A stretch of DNA of 64,000 nucleotides, taken from an uncultured Dehalococcoidia bacterium (GTDB lineage Bacteria > Chloroflexota > Dehalococcoidia > Lucifugimonadales > UBA1127). Below the pieces are notes generated by a model, which saw nothing but the letters and a program-made list of their open reading frames with translations, did not search any database and was not told the origin of the DNA. Below, one piece after another: positions 9,885 to 18,958 of the stretch (position 1 is its first letter; each line of letters starts with the position of its first letter). A program made the position numbers and the translations under genes. The stretch covers positions 7,447 to 71,446 of the forward strand of contig CAJWXP010000001.1 in the NCBI GenBank assembly GCA_913049785.1, written 5' to 3'.

Positions 9885-10045
9885 CGTATGCCGGGGGCAC
9901 ATCCCTCGGAGCCCTTTGCCAGAGGGGTTCCCCTCTGAACTCCCCAGTGTTGGTACTTGGCAAGAGCGGCTTTAGTCTCCTCGTCGCAGCGCGTATGCCA
10001 GGGACTGGCCTGAGGGCCAGACGGCTTTAGTCCCCTCGCCGCAGC
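9884..10045. repeat. Intergenic REP-like palindromes and degenerate direct repeats
   Basis: CAGAGGGG-TT-CCCCTCTG hairpin; CGGCTTTAGTC(T/C)CCTCG(T/C)CGCAGC at 9967 and 10022; GCGTATGCCRGGG at 9884 and 9991. Confidence 0.6.
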
Positions 10046-10058
10046 TACACAAACCCTG

Positions 10059-11381
10059 CTAAACCCTGCCGTCAGCGCGCAGTGCGGAGAATGTCTCCTC
10101 AAAGTACCCTAGCGTCTCCTGGATATCGGCGTCAGTGTGGGCTGATGAGACCAGTCCGGAGCGCCCGCCCATCAGGTCCATGCCTGAGTTCAACGCAGCC
10201 AACCGCAGTTGCCTGACCAATGCCGGTGGGGTCGCGCCCTGCGATTCTGACGGGTGCTGGTGCTCGGCGTCCGTACACTGGCACTGCATCCCCAACCGAA
10301 GCTGGAAGATCGATGCCATGCCGTAGCAGCAACCGGGTATCTCCATGCGCGTCATGAGGTCGTTGATGCCGCGTCGCAGCACCGTGGCTGTGGCGTCCGC
10401 CTTGGCGTTGTGCTCACCGGTTGCAACGAGTTTCAGCGCCGCCGTGCCCGCAGCCGCTGCCAGAGGATTGGCGTTGAACGTGCCGGCGTGGCCCACACGG
10501 TTGTCGCCGTTGCTCTCATCGTGGGCGATCATGTTCAGGATGTCAGCGCGACCCGACACGGCGCCGCCGGGCAGCCCGCCAGCGAGGATCTTGGCCAGCG
10601 TTGTGACGTCCGGGGTCACGCCGTAGAGGGACTGTGCGCCTCCTGTGGAGATACGAAAGCCTGTTACCACCTCGTCGAAAATCAGTACGACGCCATGCTT
10701 GGTTGTGACGTCTCGTAGCTCCTGCAAGAACTCCGGGTACACGGGAATCTGGCCCATGCCAGCGCCTGTGGGCTCTAGGATGACCGCTGCGATGTCGTCG
10801 TGCTCCTCCAGCGTGCGCGCTACTGCGCCATTGTCGTTGGGCTGCAGAACGTAGGACAGGGCGGCGACCTCCGGGGCGATGCCACCCATGTTGCGACCTG
10901 AGCCTGCCAGCAGGAAGTCATGCCAGCCGTGGAAGTGGCTCTGGAACTTGATGACTTTGTACTTCCCGGTGAACGCTCGAACCAGGCGCAGGGCCAGCAG
11001 CGTCGCTTCCGTGCCGGAGGATGTGAATCGCACGCGTTCGGCGGAGGGGATGAGCTTCTGCACCAGACGACCCCATTCGATCTCCTCCTTGGTGTTGGCT
11101 CCCAGATGGGTGCCCTGGGTCACCTTGTCGGTAACGGCCTTTACCACATCCGGGTGGCCGTGGCCCAGGAGAAGCGCACCGTGGCCCATGACATAATCAA
11201 CGTACTCATTGCCGTCAACGTCCCACTTGCGGCTTCCCTTGGCGTGGGTAGCCACAACGGGGAAGGGCATCAGGAAACGGTTGTCGTGGGTGACGCCGTC
11301 GGGGAAGATGTCCATGGCATCGGCGTAGGTCTCCTGCGACGTTGGGTGCTTTGCTTGATACTGCTCTTCAATGGTCGGCAT
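10059..11381 (-). CDS. Class III PLP aminotransferase (glutamate-1-semialdehyde aminomutase-like)
   Basis: WDVDGNEYVDY, RFTSSGTEAT, FHGWHD, LIFDEVVTGFR, AKILAGGLPGG, HAGTFNANP. Confidence 0.9.
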   Translation of the reverse strand: MPTIEEQYQAKHPTSQETYADAMDIFPDGVTHDNRFLMPFPVVATHAKGSRKWDVDGNEYVDYVMGHGALLLGHGHPDVVKAVTDKVTQGTHLGANTKEEIEWGRLVQKLIPSAERVRFTSSGTEATLLALRLVRAFTGKYKVIKFQSHFHGWHDFLLAGSGRNMGGIAPEVAALSYVLQPNDNGAVARTLEEHDDIAAVILEPTGAGMGQIPVYPEFLQELRDVTTKHGVVLIFDEVVTGFRISTGGAQSLYGVTPDVTTLAKILAGGLPGGAVSGRADILNMIAHDESNGDNRVGHAGTFNANPLAAAAGTAALKLVATGEHNAKADATATVLRRGINDLMTRMEIPGCCYGMASIFQLRLGMQCQCTDAEHQHPSESQGATPPALVRQLRLAALNSGMDLMGGRSGLVSSAHTDADIQETLGYFEETFSALRADGRV

Positions 11382-11401
11382 GGTGCGTCTCCCTTGTTTG
11401 T

Positions 11402-12439
11402 TTATCGTGGGTCTGCCAGTTGCGTATGTATCTTAAGTAGGCCGGGGACGGTATCGGCGGGTCGTCGCGAAAGGCCGCACTCCGTTGCCACGCCGAAGCT
11501 ACTGCACGACTTTGTTGCCGCCGTGACGCGGGCTTGTGCGCCTTCTAGGCCGTCCGTGTTGTGGATGAGGCCAAGGAAGACGTCTGTGCCTTCAGACAGC
11601 TTCAGGTCTTTCAGCGGTGCGAAGTAGGCATCGTCGTTGCGGTCACGGGGAACGGGCATGTGCATCCAGGTGACCTGGCGATGGACGCCGCTCACGATGC
11701 CGTTGGCGACGCGCACCATGATACCCATGTCTGCAGGCTGCTTGAAGTGTTTGTGGCCAGAGTCCCCGTAGCAGAAGTGATACCCCACCTGCGCTGGCTC
11801 CGGAACAGCGTCAGTCAGGGCAGCGAGCCGGGCGGGAATCTCCGACCACGGATCTTTCATGATGGTATCGTAGGCGTCTTCCAGGATGGCAAGCTGGTAC
11901 ACGAATTCCCACTGGATGGCCAACTCGTTGTTGGGTATGGCGTCCAGTATCTGATCAAGTTCGCCCATCAACGCCTTCTCGTAGATCGGTCCCATGAGGG
12001 TATGGGTGTCCGTCTCGAAGTGGCCGATGGCTGGTTCTAGTGGCGCCGGTAGTCCCACCTGGAAGCGCACATGGGTGGGTATCTTACCCTCGTCCTTCAA
12101 GCGCTTGAACACCGCGTAGGACTCGATGGCGGCTTCGGCGTAGCCCAGCGGGCCCAGGTCTATATCGGCAGCGGTGACGCCGTACTTGGCATGGAGTCGA
12201 GGTCGTTGCACGTATGCGTCCGGCGCGGGGTCAACATCCTCAAACTTCCCCTCCAACTTGTTGAAGACGGCGCGCTGCCAGGCGATCCAGACCGCTCGGT
12301 TGCCAAGTTCGCCGTCTGGAAGTCGCTCGATGTGCTGGCCCAGGGCATTGCTGAGGGTCGTCATGACCACTTCGACGCTCTCCAACGGCACGCTGCCTAT
12401 GAGTTGAGCTCCTTTGGGGCGCGGGTTGCTGGTCGTCAT
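11402..12439 (-). CDS. MetE/UROD-superfamily Zn-binding protein of unknown function
   Basis: LIGSVPL, RLPDGE, LAIQW, GYHFCYGD, WMHMPVP, ATECGL. Confidence 0.75.
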   Translation of the reverse strand: MTTSNPRPKGAQLIGSVPLESVEVVMTTLSNALGQHIERLPDGELGNRAVWIAWQRAVFNKLEGKFEDVDPAPDAYVQRPRLHAKYGVTAADIDLGPLGYAEAAIESYAVFKRLKDEGKIPTHVRFQVGLPAPLEPAIGHFETDTHTLMGPIYEKALMGELDQILDAIPNNELAIQWEFVYQLAILEDAYDTIMKDPWSEIPARLAALTDAVPEPAQVGYHFCYGDSGHKHFKQPADMGIMVRVANGIVSGVHRQVTWMHMPVPRDRNDDAYFAPLKDLKLSEGTDVFLGLIHNTDGLEGAQARVTAATKSCSSFGVATECGLSRRPADTVPGLLKIHTQLADPR

Positions 12440-12599
12440 CGCACACCTCACCTCGCATCGGAATTCCTCGTATGGTCACGCATTATCTGTGGCGCAGGGC
12501 AGCTTGTCTACGTATGAGGGCATCGTCGACCGTGAACGAATAAAAACGGCTTGCAGCTATGCTATGATTGCCGAACGAAATCCATAGCTGGACGGAACA

Positions 12600-13778
12600 A
12601 TGAAAAGCTACCTGACCCACCTGGAATGCACGGCCTGCGGGCTGCGCCACGATGCATCTGAACTCCACACGGTGTGTACGGCCTGCGCCAAGGTGCTGTA
12701 CCCGCGATACGACCTGGCAGCGGTGAAGGCTGTGGTCTCGCCCTGGGACCTGGCCTCCCGCGAGCAGACGATGTGGCGCTACTTTGAGGTACTGCCGGTG
12801 CTGGACGCGACGAACGTGGCCACGCTGGGCGAGGGCGGTACGCCGTTGCTGCGAGCCAATCAGCTTGGCGAAGCCCTTGGCTGCACGGACCTGTACATCA
12901 AGGATGAGGGGCTGAACCCCACGGCGTCGTTCAAGGCGCGGGGAATGGCTGCGGCGGTGTCCAAGGCCAAAGAGCTTGGCGTGACGCGCATGATGGTGCC
13001 ATCGGCGGGGAACGCTGCAGGAGCGATGGCTGCCTATGCCGCCAGAGCAGGGATCGAAGCACACCTGTTCATGCCGAAATCGACACCGCAGTCCAACATC
13101 CTGGAATCGGGCATCGCCGGCGCAGAGGTGGAGCTTGTTGACGGCCACATCGGAGACGCAGGCCGCATCGCTCGGGAACGGGCCGCAGAGATACCGATGT
13201 TCGACATGTCGACGATGAAGGAGCCGTACCGGGTGGAGGGCAAGAAGACCCTGGGCTATGAGATCGCGGAGGCCCTGGGCTGGCGGCTGCCGGACGTGAT
13301 CGTATACCCAACGGGCGGCGGGACGGGGTTGCTGGGGATGTGGAAGGCCTTTGCGGAGATGGAGGAGATGGGTTGGCTGCCTGACTCGCACCGACCAAGC
13401 ATGATCGCTGTGCAGGCCGAGGGGTGCGCGCCGGTGGTGAAGGCTTTCCTGGATGGCGCGGATCACTGCGAGCCATGGGAGAACGCTCAGACGGTGGCTG
13501 CCGGACTTCGGGTGCCCGGGCCCTATGCCGATTACTTGATCCTGCAATGCCTGCGAGAGAGTGGCGGCACGGCCCTGACGGTTACTGACGACGAAGCCCT
13601 GGCGTGCGTGCCGGAGATGGCCGCTGCGGAGGGCATCTTCCCCTGCCCCGAAGGCGCTGCGACGCTGGCTGCGCTGAAGAAGCTGCTGGCTGATGGCACT
13701 GTCGACAAGGACGAGCGCATCGTGCTGCTGAACACGGGCAGCGGCCTGAAGTATCTGGACTTGTTTACGGGCCCATGA
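12600..13778 (+). CDS. thrC: Threonine synthase
   Basis: TLGEGGTPL, KDEGLNPTASFKARG, PSAGNA, EGKKT, YPTGGGTG, LLNTGSGLKY. Confidence 0.9.
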   Translation: MKSYLTHLECTACGLRHDASELHTVCTACAKVLYPRYDLAAVKAVVSPWDLASREQTMWRYFEVLPVLDATNVATLGEGGTPLLRANQLGEALGCTDLYIKDEGLNPTASFKARGMAAAVSKAKELGVTRMMVPSAGNAAGAMAAYAARAGIEAHLFMPKSTPQSNILESGIAGAEVELVDGHIGDAGRIARERAAEIPMFDMSTMKEPYRVEGKKTLGYEIAEALGWRLPDVIVYPTGGGTGLLGMWKAFAEMEEMGWLPDSHRPSMIAVQAEGCAPVVKAFLDGADHCEPWENAQTVAAGLRVPGPYADYLILQCLRESGGTALTVTDDEALACVPEMAAAEGIFPCPEGAATLAALKKLLADGTVDKDERIVLLNTGSGLKYLDLFTGP

Positions 13779-14062
13779 CCCAAGACACCGGATGCCCCCA
13801 CGAGCACCGCGTCCACCTTGGCGAGGAGACACGTCGCGAGGTGGAGCCGTTCTTCGATGGGCTAGAGGTGTCTACAGGCACCGTGGACCTGTTTGACGGA
13901 GCGGACACCGCTGTGTTAGACATCCGGAACGCCGAGGCCGTCTCCTGGTGCCGCGACTGCTCCCACGTCCTCATCACCTGGCTCATAGGCGACGACCCGC
14001 TGGACATGCCCTTCCCCAACACCGCCGCAGAGGGGTTTCTGAGGGTGCGACTCCAGGCTTAG
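13775..14062 (+). CDS. Small hypothetical protein, CxH...CxxC putative Zn-binding
   Basis: ATGA overlap with thrC stop; CPHEH and WCRDC motifs. Confidence 0.65.
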   Translation: MTQDTGCPHEHRVHLGEETRREVEPFFDGLEVSTGTVDLFDGADTAVLDIRNAEAVSWCRDCSHVLITWLIGDDPLDMPFPNTAAEGFLRVRLQA

Positions 14063-14165
14063 GAGCCTTAGGGTCTTTTGTTGGATAGGCCTCTTTGTAC
14101 TAGACCTGGTCGCAGGTGGGGTTGTAGCTGACAGAAGGGCCCCCTTTTTGTGCTAACCTGCAAGC

Positions 14166-14425
14166 ATGTGGATCGCCATAATGATTGCTTGGATTATTGG
14201 ACTAATGGGCCTTCCGTTGTTGTGGTTGATTTACCAAGAACGTATCCACCAAAAGGCCACCCCATCGGGAATTTTTTAATCATGTTCTGGCCAATCCTGC
14301 CTTCTGTTAGGGCGTTAGCATTTGCATCTTGGTGGCCGACCCCTTCGGATGAGAATCAGATGATGGCATTAGGCCTTGGGCTGGAGTTGTTTGGCGCTCA
14401 GTATTTTCTTGTCAAATTTCCATAA
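14166..14425 (+). pseudogene. Possible degraded membrane-protein gene or small membrane peptides
   Basis: Lower-GC patch with short hydrophobic ORFs: MWIAIMIAWIIGLMGLPLLWLIYQER (14166-14279) and MFWPILP...LGLGLELFGAQYFLVKFP (14282-14425). Confidence 0.3.
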
Positions 14426-14651
14426 CACATGTCCCAGCAGGGATAATGTTCCATTGGCAGAATGAATCTGGTACCTAATGCCACCACTCGTTATCTTTGT
14501 GGCTTGAGTTGGCACCTCACTGCCGGATTATTGATTTGCGCCCCCTCCCGTCCCGTGAATCTTGTTGCTGCGCTGTCGGTGGCGTATAGTGCGCGGTAAA
14601 TGGGTCTAGGCTCTCGTTGCAACAAGTTGAAGTGGATGTGGAGGTGAGTAA

Positions 14652-14900
14652 ATGGCAACGTTAACGTCACCCAGTAGTACACGGAAAAACAAGACCGTCC
14701 TCCAGGGTGAGGAGACCAAGGTCATCAAGGTACTGCCCCTCTATCGCTCCGGCCAGGTAGGCCTCGGCCTCAAGCGAGTAGCCGAGCTTGGCAAACTCCC
14801 CTCCAAGGACGCTTCCGCCGTCCTGCAGCGGCTTCGACACCAGAAGCGAGTCACCATCAAGATCGCTTCGAACGGCTATCACTACTTCCGTATGCCGTAG
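14652..14900 (+). CDS. Small basic protein, probable winged helix-turn-helix
   Basis: GGAGGTG RBS; LKRVAELGKLPSKDASAVLQRLRHQKRV...GYHYF pattern resembles a wHTH. Confidence 0.65.
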   Translation: MATLTSPSSTRKNKTVLQGEETKVIKVLPLYRSGQVGLGLKRVAELGKLPSKDASAVLQRLRHQKRVTIKIASNGYHYFRMP

Positions 14901-14985
14901 CGCTTATGCTCTCCAGCAGGGGACTAAAGCCGGTTCTTCGTGTCCTTACTGATGCTGATGTGTGTAGTGGTGGTGAGGAGGGGAT

Positions 14986-15201
14986 ATGCCAGCTCAATTC
15001 GTTTCCGGCCAGCCAGTCAGGGTCATTGCCGATTATGGCCCACAGGACCCCACGCCCATGCAGGACATCCTGGGTCGATCAGGCATCGTCCGGTTCGTGC
15101 ACACGCTGCCGGGCGAAGCCCACCCGCAGTACGACGTTAAGTTCCTTGAGGGCACGCCTGATACCGCTCTCTGTCGAGAACACTGGCTCATAGCTGAATA
15201 A
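14986..15201 (+). CDS. Small SH3-like beta-barrel hypothetical protein
   Basis: GAGGAG RBS; F-x-x-GQPVRV...GRSGIV...YDVKF...EHWL. Confidence 0.65.
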   Translation: MPAQFVSGQPVRVIADYGPQDPTPMQDILGRSGIVRFVHTLPGEAHPQYDVKFLEGTPDTALCREHWLIAE

Positions 15202-15354
15202 CGTCTGCCCGTATTAACTCCCACTATTCACAAAATATTCATGTATGCCTTCACTTATTCATGCTGAATCTACAACCCTCGTACTATGCTCATCTCACTG
15301 AATTCACTGGTGGGGTGCCGCAGTAAACCGGCCCCTCGCCACAGGGAGGGAGCC

Positions 15355-15573
15355 ATGACGATGCACCACATCGCATCGAGAGTCCGTATTCGCAAGGGTG
15401 ATGGAGAGGCCCCCTTGGGCATGTGGGGAAAAGCCGGCCTGGTTGTGGGCATTGATGCTTCGCCAGACCCCCGAGTCGAGGGTGTCCAGAGGCACCATCA
15501 GAGTTATGCAGTCCTGTTTGACGGCGATAGCGCTCCCATGGACATCTATGAACGTTGGCTTGAGAGCGCGTAG
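15355..15573 (+). CDS. Small SH3-like beta-barrel hypothetical protein (paralogue of 14986)
   Basis: GGGAGG RBS; RVRI...GKAGLV...YAVLF...IYERWLE. Confidence 0.65.
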   Translation: MTMHHIASRVRIRKGDGEAPLGMWGKAGLVVGIDASPDPRVEGVQRHHQSYAVLFDGDSAPMDIYERWLESA

Positions 15574-15746
15574 CATCCCCAATTCTCTTCACCGTGCCCC
15601 TCGGAGGTACCTCCCATCCTTCCGGAGATTAGCGGCGTGCCTTAGCCATCAGACTTTGTACCTGCCCACGTTTCTGGTACACTGTGTTTAATCCAACAAC
15701 TAAGAATGCATTAGCCCTATGTCACTGAGGAGAAAAGAAAACAACT

Positions 15747-16043
15747 ATGGCAACCTTTAAGAACCCATCACGAATGGTCTGGCACACATCGGTCTGCTCC
15801 CGCTGCAACAAAGTCATCACACGGGTGCAGCTACCGGGACTGTTCAAGGTCACATCCCATCGTATTTGCGATGCGTGCCTCTCAGAGGGCGGAGCAGCCC
15901 AGGCCGCTGCGGCTGCACCGGCAGGTGTGGGTAGCGGAACACCGGCCCCCGCAGCAGCACCAGCACGTCGACCACGTGGCGGTGGCGGAGCCCGGGGTGG
16001 TGGCGGCGGACGCAGAGGCGGAGCAGCACCAGCGGCTGAATAG
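15747..16043 (+). CDS. CxxC-x20-CxxC Zn-ribbon protein with Ala/Pro and Gly/Arg-rich tail
   Basis: CSRC...CDAC; RRPRGGGGARGGGGGRRGG tail; GAGGAG upstream; hairpin plus U-run after the stop. Confidence 0.7.
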   Translation: MATFKNPSRMVWHTSVCSRCNKVITRVQLPGLFKVTSHRICDACLSEGGAAQAAAAAPAGVGSGTPAPAAAPARRPRGGGGARGGGGGRRGGAAPAAE

Positions 16044-16069
16044 ACCCGTCAACCAAACATCGTAACTGT

Positions 16070-16111
16070 GGAGCCAGTCGTTCTTTTGAGGGAGGCTGGT
16101 TCTTCTTTTTC
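16070..16111 (+). terminator. Probable intrinsic terminator
   Basis: GGAGCCAGTC...GGCTGGTTCT followed by TCTTTTT. Confidence 0.5.
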
Positions 16112-16188
16112 CTCGCGTCGTATTGGCACATGCGTGCTAAATGATGTATCGTTCCCGTGGGCAAAGAATCCCTGACTGGGGAGCGAGA

Positions 16189-17298
16189 TTGCGACACATC
16201 CTGCACGCTGACATGGACGCCTTCTACGCGTCTGTGGAGCAGTACGACAACCCGGAGATCCGTGGCAAGCCCGTGCTTGTCGGCGGTTCACCCACGTCAC
16301 GAGGGGTGGTCGCTGCAGCGTCGTACGAGGCCAGGAAGTTCGGCGTCCACTCCGCCATGCCAATGAGCTCCGCCGTTCGACGATGCCCTAACGCCGTCAT
16401 CGTCCGGCCCCGGTTCGATCGCTACCACGAAATATCGCAACAGATACGCGCCATCTTCCATCGCGTGACGCCGCTGGTGGAGCCACTATCGCTGGATGAG
16501 GCCTACTTGGACGTGACGGACGTGGTCACGGAGGACAGGACAGCGGAGGCCATCGCGCGAGAGATCAAGCTGCGCGTCAAGATGGACGTCGGCTTGACAA
16601 TCTCAGTAGGCGTCGCCACGTGCAAATCTGTGGCCAAAGTGGCTTCGGACTTCGATAAGCCTGACGGGCTGACCGTGATCCCGCCGGGCACAGAGGCCGC
16701 GTTCTTTGCGCCGTTGCCTGTGGGCAAGCTCCAGGGAATCGGGCCGAAGACAGCAGAACGCTTGAAGCCTGACGGCATCAACACTATCGGTCAGCTGGCC
16801 GACAAGCCGGAATCGTGGTTCATCCAGCGGTTCGGCAAGCGCGGCCCCGATCTTCGCATGATGGCGCTGGGTCAGGACGACCATCCAGTGGCCACAGAGC
16901 GAGAGGCAAAGTCGGTCAGCGCCGAGACCACCCTGGCGGAGGATGTGACAGAGCTTGAAGACCTGCGGGCCATCGTCCGTCAGCAGAGCGAGCGTGTCGC
17001 GGGGCACCTTGAGGGCTCAGGCCTCCAGGGGAAGACGGTGACGCTGAAGCTGCGCCTGTCTGACTTCACCACGTTCACTCGACAAGTAACGGTCACACAC
17101 CCGGTCTCCGAGGCTGACCAGATCGATGCTGTGGCCCAGGTCATTCTTGAGCGAGAGATCGCGCCGGACCGCTGGTTCCGGCTGATCGGCGTTGGCGTAT
17201 CCCACTTCGGCGAGGAGCCGGACAACCCGCAACTAACCCTGTTCGGCACCGATGACGAGGAATCGAACGAAGAGCCGGATGAGTTGAGCATAGACTGA
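16189..17298 (+). CDS. dinB: DNA polymerase IV
   Basis: ILHADMDAFYASVEQ, AASYEARKFGVHSAMP, SLDEAYLD, AKVASDFDKPDG; C-terminal QLTLF clamp-binding motif; TTG start inferred. Confidence 0.95.
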   Translation: MRHILHADMDAFYASVEQYDNPEIRGKPVLVGGSPTSRGVVAAASYEARKFGVHSAMPMSSAVRRCPNAVIVRPRFDRYHEISQQIRAIFHRVTPLVEPLSLDEAYLDVTDVVTEDRTAEAIAREIKLRVKMDVGLTISVGVATCKSVAKVASDFDKPDGLTVIPPGTEAAFFAPLPVGKLQGIGPKTAERLKPDGINTIGQLADKPESWFIQRFGKRGPDLRMMALGQDDHPVATEREAKSVSAETTLAEDVTELEDLRAIVRQQSERVAGHLEGSGLQGKTVTLKLRLSDFTTFTRQVTVTHPVSEADQIDAVAQVILEREIAPDRWFRLIGVGVSHFGEEPDNPQLTLFGTDDEESNEEPDELSID

Positions 17299-17318
17299 CG
17301 ACGGAGTAGCATTGGCGT

Positions 17319-18269
17319 ATGGAAGTCATTCTAGGATCGCCCAGAGGGTTCTGCGCTGGCGTGGTGCGGGCTATCGACATCGTCGAGTTGTCGCTCATCA
17401 AGTACGGCAGCCCGGTATACGTCCGACATGAGATCGTGCATAACCCCTTCGTAGTCGACGACCTTCGCGCAAAGGGTGCCATCTTTGTCGATGAGCTTGA
17501 AGAAGTACCGGACGGGCAGATGGTCATATTCAGTGCCCACGGTGTCCCGCCGGAAGTCCGCAAGGAGGCCGACAGGCGTGGGCTCCGAGTGCTGGACGCT
17601 ACGTGTCCGCTGGTGACCAAAGTGCACGTCGAGGCGGTGAGGTTCGGCGGCAAGGACCACACCATCCTGCTGGTAGGGCATCGAGACCATCCGGAGACCA
17701 TAGGCACGCTGGGCGAAGCGCCTGACCGGACGGTAGTGGTGGAGACGGTTGAAGATGCGGAGGCGGTGCAGGTGCCGGACCCCAACAAGGTGGTGGTGCT
17801 GACCCAGACCACGCTGAGCGTGGATGACACCAGCGAGGTTGTGAACATTCTCCGGACCCGCTTCCCCAACGTCATTCTGCGCAACGATATCTGCTATGCC
17901 ACCACCAACCGCCAGATGGCCGCCAAGGTCCTTGCGGCGGAGGCGGATGTGGTGCTTGTTATCGGCGCGCGCAATAGCTCCAACTGCAATCGACTTCGAG
18001 AGGTGGTGGAGGCTGCCGGCGTCAGGGCCTACCTGGTTAACGGCCCGGAAGAGGTGACCAAGGAACAGGTCAAAGGAGCGAAGATAGTCGGCATCGTGTC
18101 CGGCGCGTCCACCCCGGAGTCGCTGGTTGAGGCCGTTGTGGCGATGCTTGAGCCATCCAGCATCGTATCGAGGAAAGTCATCGATGAAGATGTGACCTTC
18201 GTTCTACCGAAAGAGCTGCAAGGAATGGGCGCTGATGCTGCTGGCATCGCCGGCAAACGGGTACTTTAG
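17319..18269 (+). CDS. ispH: 4-hydroxy-3-methylbut-2-enyl diphosphate reductase
   Basis: PRGFCAGV, HEIVHN, FSAHG, DATCPLV, ICYATTNRQ, SGASTP. Confidence 0.96.
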   Translation: MEVILGSPRGFCAGVVRAIDIVELSLIKYGSPVYVRHEIVHNPFVVDDLRAKGAIFVDELEEVPDGQMVIFSAHGVPPEVRKEADRRGLRVLDATCPLVTKVHVEAVRFGGKDHTILLVGHRDHPETIGTLGEAPDRTVVVETVEDAEAVQVPDPNKVVVLTQTTLSVDDTSEVVNILRTRFPNVILRNDICYATTNRQMAAKVLAAEADVVLVIGARNSSNCNRLREVVEAAGVRAYLVNGPEEVTKEQVKGAKIVGIVSGASTPESLVEAVVAMLEPSSIVSRKVIDEDVTFVLPKELQGMGADAAGIAGKRVL

Positions 18270-18297
18270 CTCCATAATTGCGAAAAGAGGACTGAAG

Positions 18298-18411
18298 GGA
18301 GCACTCCACCAGCCGATCAGCGATCACCCCACAGAGGTCTGGGAGATGGTCGCGTGCAGGAACTCTCCTGTTGAGATCGTTGAGGAGTACATCCCGCAAG
18401 TGAGAGACTGA
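18298..18411 (+). pseudogene. Possible C-terminal remnant of a cupin gene
   Basis: Startless frame GALHQPISDHPTEVWEMVACRNSPVEIVEEYIPQVRD* resembles cupin motif-2 ends; followed by terminator. Confidence 0.35.
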
Positions 18412-18417
18412 AGCCTA

Positions 18418-18457
18418 AGAGAAATCCCCTTCCAGTTGGAAGGGGATTTCTCTATTT
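18418..18457. terminator. Bidirectional terminator between convergent genes
   Basis: Perfect 17-bp inverted repeat AGAGAAATCCCCTTCCA-GT-TGGAAGGGGATTTCTCT. Confidence 0.85.
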
Positions 18458-18479
18458 GAGGCTAGTGCTGTGATACCTT

Positions 18480-18878
18480 CTACCCTAGAGCAGCGATACC
18501 GAATGCAGCGATGTCTTCGTCCTGCTGGCTGGTCGCACCGCCTACTCCGCAAGAGCCCACAGTGACATCGCCTTCCTTGATGGGCATTGCGCCCTGGTGG
18601 AAGACGAACCGGCCGCCGGACTGCAGCAACGCGGACTGCATGATGGGCAGGTTTGCTCGCTCAGATAGCGCCCCAGAGGGTTGGCCGTAGGTGGCGGAAG
18701 CAAACGCTTTGCCCTGGGAGAAGTTAGCGGTGCCCCACCGTGCTCCGTCCATGCGATAGAGGCCCAGCAGGTCTCCCCGCGCATCCACCACGGCGATGCT
18801 GACCTTCACGCCCATCTCTACGGCTTTGGCGTTGGCAGCTTCCAATATCTTCTTGACTCCATCTAGATTCAGTGCCAT
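18480..18878 (-). CDS. GlcG/HbpS-family heme-binding protein
   Basis: VSIAVVDARG, RMDGA, KAFAS, GSCGVGGATSQQDEDIA. Confidence 0.88.
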   Translation of the reverse strand: MALNLDGVKKILEAANAKAVEMGVKVSIAVVDARGDLLGLYRMDGARWGTANFSQGKAFASATYGQPSGALSERANLPIMQSALLQSGGRFVFHQGAMPIKEGDVTVGSCGVGGATSQQDEDIAAFGIAALG

Positions 18879-18958
18879 GTGTATCCTCCCTGATTTTTTT
18901 GGTACGGCGGAGTATAGGTTTGTCCCTACAGAAGGGTCAAGGCAATTTCGAGTTCGAT

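Noticed and set aside
9884-10045. Mini CRISPR array
   Set aside because: Only two degenerate copies per unit, irregular spacing, no cas genes
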